This document shows, one piece after another, positions 13,430 to 25,708 of a stretch of DNA of 64,000 nt (position 1 is its first letter; each line of letters opens with the position of its first letter). The notes under the pieces are model-generated. The model ran no database searches. It was not told the origin of the DNA and worked only from the letters and a program-made list of their open reading frames with translations. The DNA lies in NCBI GenBank assembly GCA_038087875.1, contig CM075981.1:40238001-40302000 (forward strand). Reading direction: 5' to 3'. This DNA comes from Malacoraja senta. Lineage: Eukaryota. The position numbers were made by a program, and so were the translations under genes.

Positions 13430-13883
13430 CATTCCCGGGATGGCGGGACTGTCAATTGCTGAGAGAATGGAGCGGCTGGGCTTGTACACTCTGGAGTTTA
13501 GAAGGATGAGAGGGTATCTCATTGAAACATATAAGATTGTTAAGGGTTTGGACACGCTAGCGGCAGGAAACATGTTCCCGATGTTGGGGGAGTCCAGAAC
13601 CGGGGGTCACAGTTTAAGAATAAGTAGTAAGCCATTTAGAACGGAGACGAGGAAACACTTTTTCTCACAGAGAGTGGTGAGTCTGTGGAATTCTCTGCCT
13701 CTGAGGGCGGTGGGGGCAGGTTCTCTGGATGCTTTCAAGAGAGAGCTAGATAGGGCTCTTAAAAATAGCGGAGTCAGGGGATATGGGGAGAAGGCAGGAA
13801 CGGGGTACAGATTGTGGATGATCAGCCATAATCACATCGAAGGGCCGAATGGCCTACTCCTGCACCTATTGTCTATTGTCTAT
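13430..13883 (+). mobile_element. Young CR1 3' fragment
   Basis: ORF 13440-13889 encodes the CR1 ORF2 C-terminus; nearly identical to 49285-49690 (minus). Confidence 0.85.
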
Positions 13884-14266
13884 TTTTAATGCTCCTGTAC
13901 ATTTGTGATAGCAGGAGTGATATGAGAATATGGGTCCCTGATGATGCTGTCTGTCTTTTTGAGCCAGTGATTCCTGTAGACAACCTCCCATGTCAGTACC
14001 CATGTTGGGAAAGCTCAGTTGCCCATCATGGCAGAGGATATGGTTAGAATCGGACATCAAGTTGTAGAGATTACACAACTGGAAAATATTACAGACTTTT
14101 TTATTGGTTCACTGGTGGGACCAACAATTGTTGTCCTATTCCTAATTGCTCTGGAAGTTGCGAATCATCCAGACAGAAATGCAACAAACACATAAAGGAA
14201 TTATGGTTCAATGGTATGAATTTTTTTAAACAAAAAATGAATTGTTGAACAGTCTGTAACCACGGA

Positions 14267-14530
14267 AAGACATAAAATGCTGGAGTAACTCAGCAGGTCT
14301 GAAGAAGGGCTTCGGCCCGAAACGTTGCCTATTTCCTTCGCTGCATAGATGCTGCTGCACCCGCTGAGTTTCTCCAGCATTTTTGTGTACAGGTCGAGAA
14401 CATGGATAGGCGACGTTTCAAGTCAGGACACTTCTTCAGACTGATTGCAGGGGTGGGAGGGGAAATAAGGTGGAAGAGTGGAGGGGCAGGACAAAGCATG
14501 GCAGGTCATAGGTGAACATTGGCAGATGAA
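14267..14530. mobile_element. Composite Penelope-like terminal fragments
   Basis: Subfamily B arm with an intact hammerhead motif at 14299-14326, embedded in an inverted subfamily A piece. Confidence 0.7.
14295..14330 (+). ncRNA. Minimal type I hammerhead ribozyme motif
   Basis: AGGT-CTGAAGA-A-GGGC(TTCG)GCCC-GAAA-CGTT-GCCT: conserved core, 4-bp stem II with UUCG loop, palindromic ACGT stem III, 4-bp stem I. Activity not shown. Confidence 0.62.
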
Positions 14531-14709
14531 TGGTCAGAGATGAACGCACAAAGCAGAAAACCAGTTTAGATAACACTTGCGATGTGAGTTTGGGGGTTAT
14601 TCCAAGTCCAACAAATGGTGTTGTATCTCTGCCCTTTCCCAGTGCCCATTCGCTTGCCTTGAGATACAGCATGCTGCTATACACAGCTTCACCAAGTCCA
14701 ATGCCGGCC

Positions 14710-14954
14710 GTCGATCTTCCTTTCACACTAGTTCTGTTTTACCCCACTTTCTCCTCCACTCCCTACATATTAGGGCCAATTAACGGTGGCCAATTAACCT
14801 ACAAATCTGCATGCCTCTGGGATGTGGGAGGAAACTTGAGAACCCCGATTAAACCCACATGGTCACCGGGAGAACGCGCCAACTCTGCAGGGTCGAACAT
14901 GGGTCTCTGGAGCTGTGAGGCAGCGGGGCTACGAGCAGCACCACCATGCCGCCC
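14710..14954 (-). mobile_element. tRNA-derived V-type SINE (older copy)
   Basis: Homologous to the 33125-33422 SINE. Confidence 0.65.
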
Positions 14955-15279
14955 CATTTCCTGTACTTTTCTCTGTCTATTCTCTGCATTCCTTTTCTGT
15001 ATAATTCTATATTCTATACATGGTTCCTTTTCTCCTTTTGAACAATTGCCATCTGGTCTTTGTTTCTTTGTTCTTGGTCTTTTTGTTTCTTGTGCTCTTG
15101 TTGGAAGGTTTTGTGCAGAGATTAGTGCAAGGCTCTGTTGGCCTCCGATCAAATGAACTTGATTCACATGATGCTGAGCATTGTCAGAGAAATAACAACT
15201 TGGAGTTAGGTGATAACTTTAATATGGAGATAATGCCTCGTCACACTGAAGAAGAAGGATAAAAGGGGGAAGCGGTTCT

Positions 15280-15680
15280 GTGCTCCTTGCCAAGCCCCTC
15301 ACACATCTCAGTACCACCCTGGCCAGGCTCGCATTCCACCCCTGCCATCAGGAAGAAGGTACAGGAGCCTGAAAACTGTAACGTCCAGGTTCAGGAACAG
15401 CTCTTCCCTACAGCCGTCAGGCTATTATTAAACACTACAACCTCCAATAAGCTCTGAACCACATAGGCTATAATTGTTTATAATTGCACTATTATTGTGT
15501 TTGTTTTTGATGGGTGTGTGTATGTGTGAGTATGTGTATATACACACACTGAACTGTTTGTTCTCGTTTACTATATAGTTTACAGTGTAGTATGTTTACC
15601 TATTCTGTTGTGCTGCTGCAAGTAAGAATGCCATTGTTCTATCTGGGACACATGACATTAAAACACTGTTGACTCTTGAC
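15280..15680 (+). mobile_element. Rex1/Babar-type LINE 3' end
   Basis: LPSGRRYRSLKTVTSRFRNS peptide followed by 3' UTR and tail. Confidence 0.65.
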
Positions 15681-16003
15681 TATTTCAATTCTCTTTTCTG
15701 GTTTACCATTGACGAATTAAATATCCATGTAAGTTACTTTCCACGCAAAGAGCTACCCAAGAGAAAACATAAAGCGGGATGATTTGTTTATCAAGCCTAC
15801 AAGTGTTTATCGAGCCTACAAGAGAGAGATTTTGCAGCACTGAGCAGTGGAGAAGTAGCTGCAGCTGGAATGTTGTGTGGTTCGCAGGCGAGTTCCTGCA
15901 AAGTCTCCAGAAACACCACAGATTTCAGGGTGTAACCACTCAATATAGAAACGTTAAATTATAATGTAAGGGCCACACGAATCTCGCATTGGAGGGTGCA
16001 TAA

Positions 16004-16341
16004 AGGGCCTGTCCCACTGTACGAGGTAATTCAAGAATTCTCCCGAGTTTTCCCCTGATTCGAACTCGGAGAATGTCCGTAGCGGGTCCGTAGTCGTTCG
16101 TGGATGTCTCGTACGGGTAACGGTAGGTACTCAGGAAATCTGGTAAACACGTGACGTTTTTTCAACACTGTGAAAAATGTCCACGAGTAAAAAAAATACT
16201 CGTGATGAAAAAAATTGTTACTTTTTACTCGTACGAGACATCCACGAACTCCTACGGACCCGCTACGGACATTCTCCGAGTTCGAATCAGGGGAAAACTC
16301 GGGAGAACTCTGGAATTACCTCGTACAGTGGGACGGGCCCT
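16004..16341. mobile_element. PIF/Harbinger-type MITE with ~110-bp inverted arms
   Basis: AGGGCCTGTCCCACTGTACGAGG...CCTCGTACAGTGGGACGGGCCCT; flanks TAA/TTA. Confidence 0.85.
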
Positions 16342-17719
16342 TTAATTACTCTGCGCTTCTCTCTTTGAGAATGCAGAGACATCTGCTGCCCTATGTTACT
16401 GCATCTAAATCAAGATTTTCCCCTTCACGTTAAAGATCTGCTCTCTACTATTTGATTTTTCCATCCTGGACAAACGGTTCCGACTGTCTACCCTACCTAT
16501 GCCTCTCATAATTTTACATACTTCTATCATCTTGCGTTCCAGAGAAAACAATCCAGATCTTTCCAACCTCTCCCCGTAGTTTATCCCCCCCCTAATCCAG
16601 GCAACATTGTGGTAAAAACCTTTCTACCACCATACCACTTTGCCAAGCATTGAACAATTCCTTCAACTACACTTACTTTCTTCAAATCAAAGTTGTATCG
16701 TTGTATCTGTTGGAACTTACATTGCTCCGAATTAAGTCTGTGTTGTATTTGGAAATGTGGAACAAACCTTGTCTCAGGCCATTCCACCAATTGTCTTCTG
16801 TACTGTGCTGTTTCTGATGCTCATACAAAACACAATAATTGAGTTATCTGCAAACTTCTGTTGTCACATTCAGAGATTCCTATCTGACTCTTTCTTGACA
16901 TCTGTTAGCTATATCCATTCATAAGCCCATCATATCTCACTACACTCATCTACACTTTCACCTCAACTCTACCTGAAACCTATACTATGCATTTCATTCT
17001 TCCATCACCATTGTGTTGTGTTGATGATGAGACTTTCCACATCACTGGCACTGAGAAGCCTTAATTTTTTTGTAACCATGGCTTTCATTTTATCATGGTT
17101 GACATCTATTGTTTCTAGTCTTTCTCCTGCAGTTTTGCTCTCACCTCGTCTGTACAGGTTAATTTGGATAAGTGTGAGATGTTGCATTTTGGAAAGTCAA
17201 GTGGTAGAGCCCTATGAGTGGTAGAGCCCTGAGGAGTGTTATAGAACAGAGGGACCTCGGTGTACAAGTACGTTATACCATGTACCCATCGTCTATTCAT
17301 TTCCATCTCGCCCCTCCCCTCCCCTCCCCCCCCCACTTTCCTGCACGCACAGTTTATACTTTCCCTGCCCTCATTATCCATTTTCCATCCCAGCCTCCAT
17401 TCACTCATCTCCAACCCCTACACGCTCCAAAGTCCCCAATTTTCCTTTCTTCCCCACGTTCCCTTTCACCTACTGTTGCACCCTGCGCTTCCATATTTCC
17501 CTCCCCGTCTTTGGCCTGTCCCGGGATCATGAGTGAGATGGTAGCATTATGGTTAATTGAAACATTAGTATTAGTATTCGGAAGGCTTAAATCTTGCCAT
17601 GTGGCCTGAGTTTGAACCTGATCATAGATGCTTGAAATTTAAGTCTAATTTTTGAAGTGTCTGGATGGTTTTTCAGAATTCAAATTTCAAAGAATACAAT
17701 CACGCTGCAAATGGTACAC

Positions 17720-18165
17720 AGAACATCTACGAGGATGTTGCCAGAACACGAGGGCCAGAGCTTTAGGGAGTGGTTGAGTAGGCTGGGACTCTAGTCCTTG
17801 GAGAGGAGGAGGATGAGGGTTGATCTTATAGAGGTGTACAAAACCATGAGAGAAATAGATCGGGTTGTCACACACAATCTCTTGCCCAGAGTAGGGGGAT
17901 CAAGAACCAGAGGACTTAGGTTTAAGGAGAGGGGGGAATGATTAAATACGAACATAAAGGGAAACATTTTCACACAAAGGGGGGATGGGTGTTTGGAATG
18001 AGCTGCTGCAGGAGATAGTTGAGGCAGGTACTGTTGCAATATGCTTAGAAATATTATGGCAGGTACATGGATAGGTTAGGTTTGGAGGGATATGGGCCAA
18101 AGGCAAGCAGGTGGGACTAGTGTCAATGGAGCATGTTGGTCGGTATGGGCAAGTTGGGCCAAAAG
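17720..18165 (+). mobile_element. CR1 3' fragment
   Basis: Homologous to the CR1 ORF2 C-terminus and 3' UTR. Confidence 0.7.
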
Positions 18166-18366
18166 GCCAAAGTTATTCAGGAATTGAAATCTGCGCCAGG
18201 CCAGTAGCAGTGCAGTTGACTCCCAACCTCCCTCTGAAATAGTCCTATTAACTAGTTCAACGTTAATAAAGTAGTGGAGGATTGAGGGTGGGGGATAGAG
18301 CGCAATAAATGCCTGCATCGTCAACAACATCCACATTTAGTTAACACGTACATATTTAAAACGTTG

Positions 18367-20377
18367 ATAGATACAAAAAGCTGGAGTAATTCAATGGGTG
18401 AGACAGAATCTCTGGAGAAAAGGAATAGGTGACGTTTCGGGTCAAGATCCCTCTGCAGACTGAGAGTCAGCGGTTAGAGAAATGAGAGATGTAGATGGTG
18501 ATGTAGAGAGATACAGAATAAATGAATGAAAGATATGACTCAACAAGATGACTCTGAAACTGGTACGTCTTGGTTGAGGGTGGAATGGAGAGAGAGGGAA
18601 TGCAGGGGTTACTTGAAGTTAGAGAAGTCAATATCCATACCCCTGGGTTGTAAGCTGCCCAAACAAAATATGAGGTGTATTCTGTTCCTCCAATTTGCAT
18701 TTAGACCCATTAGGACAATGGAGGAGACCTAGGACAGAAAGGTCAGTGTTGGAATGGGAAGGAGAATTAAAGTGTTTAGCAACTGGGAGATCAGGTAGTT
18801 CAGGCAGACTGAGCGAAGGTGTTCAGCGAAACAATCGCTAGTCTATGTTTGGTCTCATCGATGTATAAGAGTCCACATCTTGAACAATGGATACAATAGA
18901 TGAGGTTGGAGGAGGTGCAAGTGAACCATTGCCTAACCTGAAAGGATTGTCAGGGTCCTTGGATGGAGTCAAGGGAGGAGGTATAGCGACAGGTGAAACA
19001 TCTTCTGCGGTTGCAGCGGAAGGTACCTGGGGAGGGGGTAGTTTGGATGGGGATGATTTAACCAGGAAGTTGCGGAGGGAATGGACTCTGCAGAAGGCGG
19101 AAAGATGTGGAGATGGGAAGATGTGGCTGGTGGTGGGATCCCGTTGGAGGTGGCGAAAATGTCGGAGGATTATTCTTTTTCACCCAGAGAGTTGTGAATT
19201 TATGGAATTCCCTGCCACAGAGGGCAGTGGAGGCCAAGTCACTGGATGGATTTAAGAGAGAGTTAGATAGGGGCTGGTGAAATCAAGGGATATGGGGAGA
19301 AGGCAGGCACGGGTTATTGATAGGGGACAATCAGCCATGATCACAATGAATGGCGGTGCTGGCTCAAAGGGCTGAAATGGCCCCCTCCTGCAACTATTTT
19401 CTATGTTTCTATGTTTCTAAATGATGTGTTGTATGTGATGGCTGATGGGGTAAAAGGTAAGGACTAGGGGGACTCGTTGCAAATAGGGGGAGGGGGAACC
19501 AGGGCAGAGCTGCGGGGTACCGAGGCAACACGTATGAGGGCCTCATCTTTGATGGAAGAGGGGAACCCCCGTTAATCCAGCAGTATGAATATTGACTTCT
19601 GTATCTTCAGGTAACCCTTGTTTTCCCTCTCTCTCCATCCCTCCCTCATCCTAGTTCTCCGACCAGTCTGACTGTTCTCCTGATTACATTTTACCTTTGT
19701 TTGCTTTGTTGTTAACTTCCCCTAGCTAACAATTCTACATTTTCTTTGATCTCTTGTCCTCACACCTTAAGGGCCTGTCCCACTTGGCCATCATTTGCGC
19801 CTCACTTACGCGTCATATGTAAAATAGGTCGACGCGTGGGGTGCGCGTGGGAGACGCACGCATTGTGCATAGTGAGGTGTGCAATCGCATGCGGTGGCGC
19901 ACGGAATCGGGCGGCACTCCAGGATTTCGTAGTGTAACGAAATCCTCGCACGCCACCTGCGTGACGTATCGCGTACGCATGCTGACGCATTTGCGTCGTA
20001 TGCTGGCGTCCCGACGTCTCACGTGTATCGCGTGGTGACGCATGGTTACGTTACCGAGCCTGATCGTCCGTAACCATGCGTCACCGCGCGCCGCAGGGTA
20101 TTCTAATGATGTCACGCGCACCAGACGGTTGTGCTGACGCGTGATTTGCGCGCGACGTCGTGCATCACGACACGTCAACCTATTTTACATATGACGCGTA
20201 AATGAGGTGCAAATGACGACCAAGTGGGACAGGCCCTTCATCCTTCCATTTCTCTCTGTCTCCCTCTCCTCTGACACTCAGTCTGAAGAAGGGTCTCAAC
20301 CTGAAGCGTCACCCATTCCTTCTGTTCAGAGATGCTGCCTGTCCCGCTGAGTTACTCCAGCATTTTGTATCTATCTT
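18367..20377 (-). mobile_element. Penelope-like element with GIY-YIG endonuclease remnant and an inverted 5' pLTR
   Basis: Minus strand reads PPGTFRCNRRRCFTCRYT...FTCTSSNLIYCIHCSRCGLLYIDETKHRL (Cys linker plus GIY-YIG). 19575-20377 is an inverted copy of the 18367-18660 pLTR. Nested CR1 (19175-19420) and MITE. Confidence 0.85.
19770..20237. mobile_element. PIF/Harbinger-type MITE, CpG-rich
   Basis: TIR AGGGCCTGTCCCACTTGG; flanks TTA/TCA; interrupts a PLE pLTR. Confidence 0.85.
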
Positions 20378-20689
20378 CACAATAGGTAAATTACATAATT
20401 AATTTCAAATCAACGACAATCAGATGATTTTACATAATACACTCGTGATCTATATTTTTATCATTGAATTTGTGCGCTGAGCAGTCCTTGCAATAAATCC
20501 CTCTGTGTAAACACATCCCAGCGCTTGCACAACTATTGCATGTTTAGAGTAAGTCCTCATTTGGTGAATAGTGAAAGGTCATGAGAAGAGATCAGATGTT
20601 GTCGTCTCTGGGCAAAAAATTTCACTTCAGGCCTGAGAATGAGTCTCGGGTTTAGTCACCAACACAATTGAAAGAGGAAGTTGTGCACG

Positions 20690-20920
20690 TTGGTGGATGC
20701 AGCTGTTTTGCAGTTTACATAACTCTTGACAGTTTGTAGCTCTCCAGATGGCAACTGGTGCAATATAGTCTTTATTTATTTTGCTCTTTTTAAAATAAAT
20801 ATGCACTGTAATCTCTAAAATCCAATATATGAAAGGGGTTTCTGGTTATATTTAGAAGGAAAATACTCTGGCTCTGCTGTTTATTGATTGATATGCTTCT
20901 GGTGGAGAGGTGAGACAGAG
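20690..20920. promoter_or_regulatory. Candidate enhancer/promoter: E-box, MEF2 and CArG-like cluster
   Basis: CAGCTG 20700, CAGATG 20745, CAACTG 20752, CCAATATATG 20822, TTATATTTAG 20846 in TE-free sequence. Motif evidence only. Confidence 0.3.
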
Positions 20921-21429
20921 ACACGGACAGAGTGAGAGTGAGTGAAGTTGAGTTTCAGTTCCCTTCTGTGCGGAGGACGTTAATCTCACTTCTGGCCGCA
21001 GTGGCGCCAAAGTAGGGAGACCTTCTGATGCCTTGAGTTGCCATCTTTGCCTCTCGGTATCAATAACATATTTCTATAAAACTTTTTTTTTTGTAGCAGC
21101 ACATTCCATGGCACTTGACGCTATCCAGTATTTGACACTGAGCCATACGAGGGCAGATGACCATGAGCTTGAGAAGGAAGATAGGTTGACGGAAGGAGCA
21201 TGTTAAAGGAGAAAAGTATGTCAAGAGGTTCAAGGAAGGTCTTTGGATCATGAGTGCTGTCAGTGGTTTAAATAGGGGATGTCAAAGGACTCGGAGACTA
21301 TGAGCGGGACCCCGACCCCCTTTTGGTTTGAAGAGAAGGTACATATTTCATAATATCTGAGCAGTGCTGTAGCAATAGTCCACGATTTTGTTGACAATTT
21401 TCTTTCTGCACTGAAACTCTGTCTAATAT

Positions 21430-21830
21430 TGGATGAACGTAATGGTTAATTAATGCTTTATGCCTCTTTAATGAAGTGGCGGAGCGTAAAATAGATTGCC
21501 AGTGCCACCATTTGTATCACTCAACAGATTTCCCCGCCATCTGGGCTCTCATCAATATTCATGGGGACGGAATGGCTGTGATACAGTTTGAGAGAATTGC
21601 GATTGTTGGCAATGTCGCTTTTCCCGATTCCCCACTGCAGCCGGCCCCAGCATTACGGCCACCCACATTACAGAAATTCACCCTGGCGGAATTCACTAAT
21701 CACTACACAAATATTTGAGGCACAGAATAAATAATTCACAATAATATAATGCTCTCATGATTTGTGTGGAGAACATAAATAAATCAACGCAAGATTTGTT
21801 TTTCAACTTGAGTTTCTCAATGCATCCATA
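21430..21830. promoter_or_regulatory. Candidate conserved non-coding element
   Basis: TE-free, dense TAAT/ATTA sites, ATAAATCA (Pbx/Hox-type TGATTTAT on minus) at ~21779, retained CpGs. Conservation not testable here. Confidence 0.35.
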
Positions 21831-22967
21831 GATGATGTGGCTTTGTGTTAGGGTATGTTTTCTAGGATCCTCACCGCCCCCCTCCACCCTCCACCCCTCC
21901 TCTTCCTCCCCCTCCCAGAGTTCACCTGTACTTCCGTGGAACCAGAATGCACATTCTGGAAATGAGCAGTAAAAACTCCAGCTTTAAGATGTTTTAAGTT
22001 TTAAACATTAACTCATTCTGATGCAGAATTGATCTTTGTACGCTTAATTCGCTTATCTGTATAGATATTCATCAACATACTGTGCATTGAATATTCCAAG
22101 TGTATATTCCTCAACATACTAATGTCCAGATGTCACTACTCATCCATCTGAGGTCTCTGATTAGTTGGGTAATCCGATAGTTATTCAATCTCCAGTTCAT
22201 TAGGCATAAGAAGGCCCTTCTGCGATGCTCACAAAATATTGCCTCAATGCTCTTGGGTTTGTTCAGCTTAACACTAATGGGATGCTGAATAGCTATTTAA
22301 TCAAACATATCTCTTCCACTTTGTCAATGGCTTAATGTATTTGAAGAAGACTTGATTCATTTAGTTTATGGTTAAACCATCCCCAAATCAATTGGCAAAG
22401 CCCAAAATCTACTTTGCACAGCATCGAATGTCAAAAACGTCATTTGGAAAGGGATGACAAAAACAGAAAATGCACATTGATCAGCAGCAGTTGAATGTTG
22501 GGGCAGAGCTTAGAGCTCTGTGGAAAAGTAAATGACATGTTTGATATAATCCATAAAGTGGAGAGGAAGGAGGAATGTTTCTCAAAGGCTGGCAGAGAGA
22601 AATCACAAGGAGAAGCGGAAAACCATGAAGTTATTTTTTCTTATTGTTTTTCGATTAGCTCCAGTGAATCCAAGCAGTTCTAATCTCTCTTATGTGTAGT
22701 CGTATTATCTGACTGCTTAACCAATTACAATGTCAAATATCTATGGCTTTGATATCTTTCTACAATGGAGTGTTCAAACCATGACCTAGACATAAACAAT
22801 AGCCATATCGATGTTGTGGGCTGTAAATATATCATTACTTTTCTCATTACATGTTAATAAAATCCAGTTTACTGTTTTTTGCTTAATCTGAACTTTTGGG
22901 GCATGGCATGGGCCTCCCAATATGCAGGCATTCTTCAACGTCCTCTGATGAACTAGTCTGAGGGATA

Positions 22968-23175
22968 CTGTGTAGGAAGGAACTGCAGATGCTGGTTTAC
23001 ACCGAAGATAGACACAAAAGGCTGGAGTAACTCAGCAGGACAGGCAACATCTCTGGAGAGAAGGAATGGGTGTCATTTCGGGTCGAGTCTGAGGAAGGGT
23101 TTCAATCCGGAACGTCACCCATTCCTTCTCTCCAGAGATGCTGCCTGTCCCGCTGAGTTACTCCAGCATTCTGTT
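22968..23175. mobile_element. Palindromic PLE terminal insertion
   Basis: Two inverted arms of the PLE terminus, with the tail on the left arm only. Confidence 0.75.
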
Positions 23176-23199
23176 TGAGGCATAACCCTGACAGTCAGT

Positions 23200-24450
23200 A
23201 ATGGAACACTCAGACGTACAGGGTACAGGTGCTATCGGTGAGATGCAGGCAGAGTGAAAGATGAGAGGAGAGGATGTTGCCAAGGAGAATGTCACGGCAG
23301 CGCTCCAAGATGACATTAGTTCCAGTGAGGTTACATGGGTGAGGCTGAGAAATAAAAAGGGGATGTTCACCTTGTTGGCCCCTACTATAGGCCCCAAATA
23401 ATCAGCAGGAATTAGAGGAGCAAATATGCCAAGAGATTGCAGGCAGCTGCAAGACTAATAAGATTGTCATAGTAAGGGATTTTAACTTTCCCCATATAGA
23501 CTGTGACTGTCATAGTGCCAGATGCTTAGACAGGGTGTACTTTGTCAAATGTGTTTCAGGAAGTTTCCTCAGGCAATATGTAGAGGGCCCTTCACGGGAA
23601 GGGCAAGACTGGATCTACTTGGTATGAAACATAGAAACATAGAAAAATAGGTGCAGGATTCAGCCCTTCGAGCCAACATATGATCATGGCTGATCATCTA
23701 AAATCAGTAGCCCATTCCTGCTTTTTTCCCGTATCCCTTGATTCCTTGAACCCTAACAGTTAAATCTAACTCTCTCTTAAAAACATCCAGTGAATTGGCC
23801 TCCACTGCCTTCTGTGGCAGAGAATTCCACAGAGTCACAACTCTCTGGGTGAAAATGTTTTTCCTCATCTCAGTCCTAAATGGCCTAACCCCTTATTCTT
23901 AAACTGTGACCCCTGGTTCTGGACCCCCCCTACTCTTAGGTAATTGGGAAGAGCAAATGACTGACGAGTTGGTGGGTGAGCCTTTTGGGACCAGTGAACA
24001 ATTAGCTTTAAAATAATTATGGATCAAGACAGGGCGGGCCCAAGAGTTAAAATGCTGATTTGGGGCAAAGCCAACTTTGCATTCGACAGGAACTTGCTCA
24101 AGTTGATTCGAGTTAATTGTGGGAAAAGGAACGTCTGGTATGTGTGATGCTTTTAAAAGTGTGATTGCAAAGGTTCAGGGCACAATTGTTCCATCAAGCC
24201 GTCCACAGTGTGCAGATACTGGATAACGAGAATAAAGTCCAGTATAGTCCAATTAAATATAGTCTGAGGGTCTCCAATTAATATTCTGAGAGATAAGATA
24301 CATATGCATTTGGATACACTGGGGCTGATTAGAGAGTCAGCATGGTTTAGTGCGTGGGAGTTCCTGTCTTACAAATTTGATTGCGTTTTGTGAAGAAGTA
24401 ACCAAAAATGATGACGAGGGCAAAGCTGTAGACGTTGTCTACACGGACAA
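23200..24450 (+). mobile_element. Degenerate CR1 endonuclease/RT fragment with a nested minus-strand CR1 3' end (23626-23930)
   Basis: YYRP..ELEEQICQEI and DFNFP peptides, homologous to 51350-51800. Confidence 0.75.
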
Positions 24451-24709
24451 CTATATCAGACTACAAGTCTGAAGAAGGGTCTCGACCTGTAATGTCACCC
24501 ATTCCTTCTCTCCAGAGATGCTGCCTATCCCGCTGAGTTACTCCAGCATTTTATTTCTATCTTCTTGTCTGTGTGGACTTTTTTGTTTGTTTAATTTATT
24601 ATTGTCACGTGTCCCGAGGTACAGTGCAACGCTTTTATTGTATGCTAACCAATAAAGCCATCCACAGTGTACGGATAAAGGATAACATGTACAGCATTTA
24701 ATGCAAGAT

Positions 24710-25460
24710 AAAGACACTTGTCCCTTGAGCTCCCCCCTCACCTCTACCAGGGACCCCAGCAGTTCTTCCAGGTGAGACAGAGGTTCACGTGCACCTTCTG
24801 TAACCTGACCTGACATTCCCGATTTAGCCTCCTGAACATCGGCTGGACAAAATGTTGACTTGGTGGCCGTTTCGCTGAACACTTGCCCTTGGTTCCCCAA
24901 GACCTACCGGATATCCCGGCTGCCATCCATTTTAACTCCCCTTCCCATTCCCCTGCTGACTTTTCAGTCCTAGGCTCCTCCATTGCCAGAGTGAGGACAA
25001 AGGCAAAGTGGAGGAGCAGCACCTTGAGTTACTAGGAACCTCATGGTGTGAACATTGAATTCCACAATTTGAGGTTAGCTCTAACAACCCTCGCTCTCCC
25101 TTCCCTTCCTCCCCCACAACCCTCTTTCTTTTCTACCTACACCCCCCCCCCCCTCCCAATATTCCTTCCTCTGGTTTCACAATTCGCAACTTGCCAATCC
25201 TTTTGTCTCACATGTTCTGTTTTTTAATCTCTGGCCTCTATCCAATGATCTACTGATCAAAAACCCTTCCGAGTAGATGTTCACCTATACTGCCATACAC
25301 TTACTTGCCGTACTTAGTCTTGCCCCTCCTCCCCTCCAGCTTTCTTATCCCCCCCCACCCTTCCCCTACCATCAGATTGAATAAGTGTCCCAACCTGAAT
25401 CATCGCCTATCAATGTTCTCCTGGGATGCTCCCTGACATGCTGAGTTACTACAGCACTTT
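24710..25460 (+). mobile_element. Penelope-like element, GIY-YIG remnant plus pLTR
   Basis: GPQQFFQVRQRFTCT...RFAEHL...HFNSPSHS peptides. Confidence 0.75.
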
Positions 25461-25570
25461 GAGTCCACAGTTATACAAGATGCCACATTTGGAGTATCGT
25501 GGTCAGCTTTGGTTTACCCTGCTGTATGTAGGCTGTAAGCTGGAAAGAGTACATGGAAGATTTATGAGGA

Positions 25571-25708
25571 GGAAATGTGCAGGAAAGGAATGCAGATGCT
25601 GGTTTAAAGAAGTCTGAAGAAGGGTCTCGACCCGAAACGTCACCCATTCCTTCTCTCCAGAGACGCTGCCTGTCCCGCTGAGCTACTCCAGCATTTTGTG
25701 TCTAGCTT
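25571..25708. mobile_element. Short PLE insertion inside CR1 with 13-bp target duplication
   Basis: AGATTTATGAGGA at 25558-25570 and 25709-25721; inverted tail followed by a plus-strand arm. Confidence 0.8.
25611..25645 (+). ncRNA. Minimal hammerhead ribozyme motif (subfamily A consensus)
   Basis: CTGAAGA-A-GGGT(CTCG)ACCC-GAAA-CGTC; predicted cleavage after C25641; stem I is weak. Confidence 0.58.

Noticed and set aside
14530-15156. 208-aa ORF as a host gene
   Set aside because: It runs through an antisense SINE and a low-complexity pyrimidine tract; no recognisable domain.
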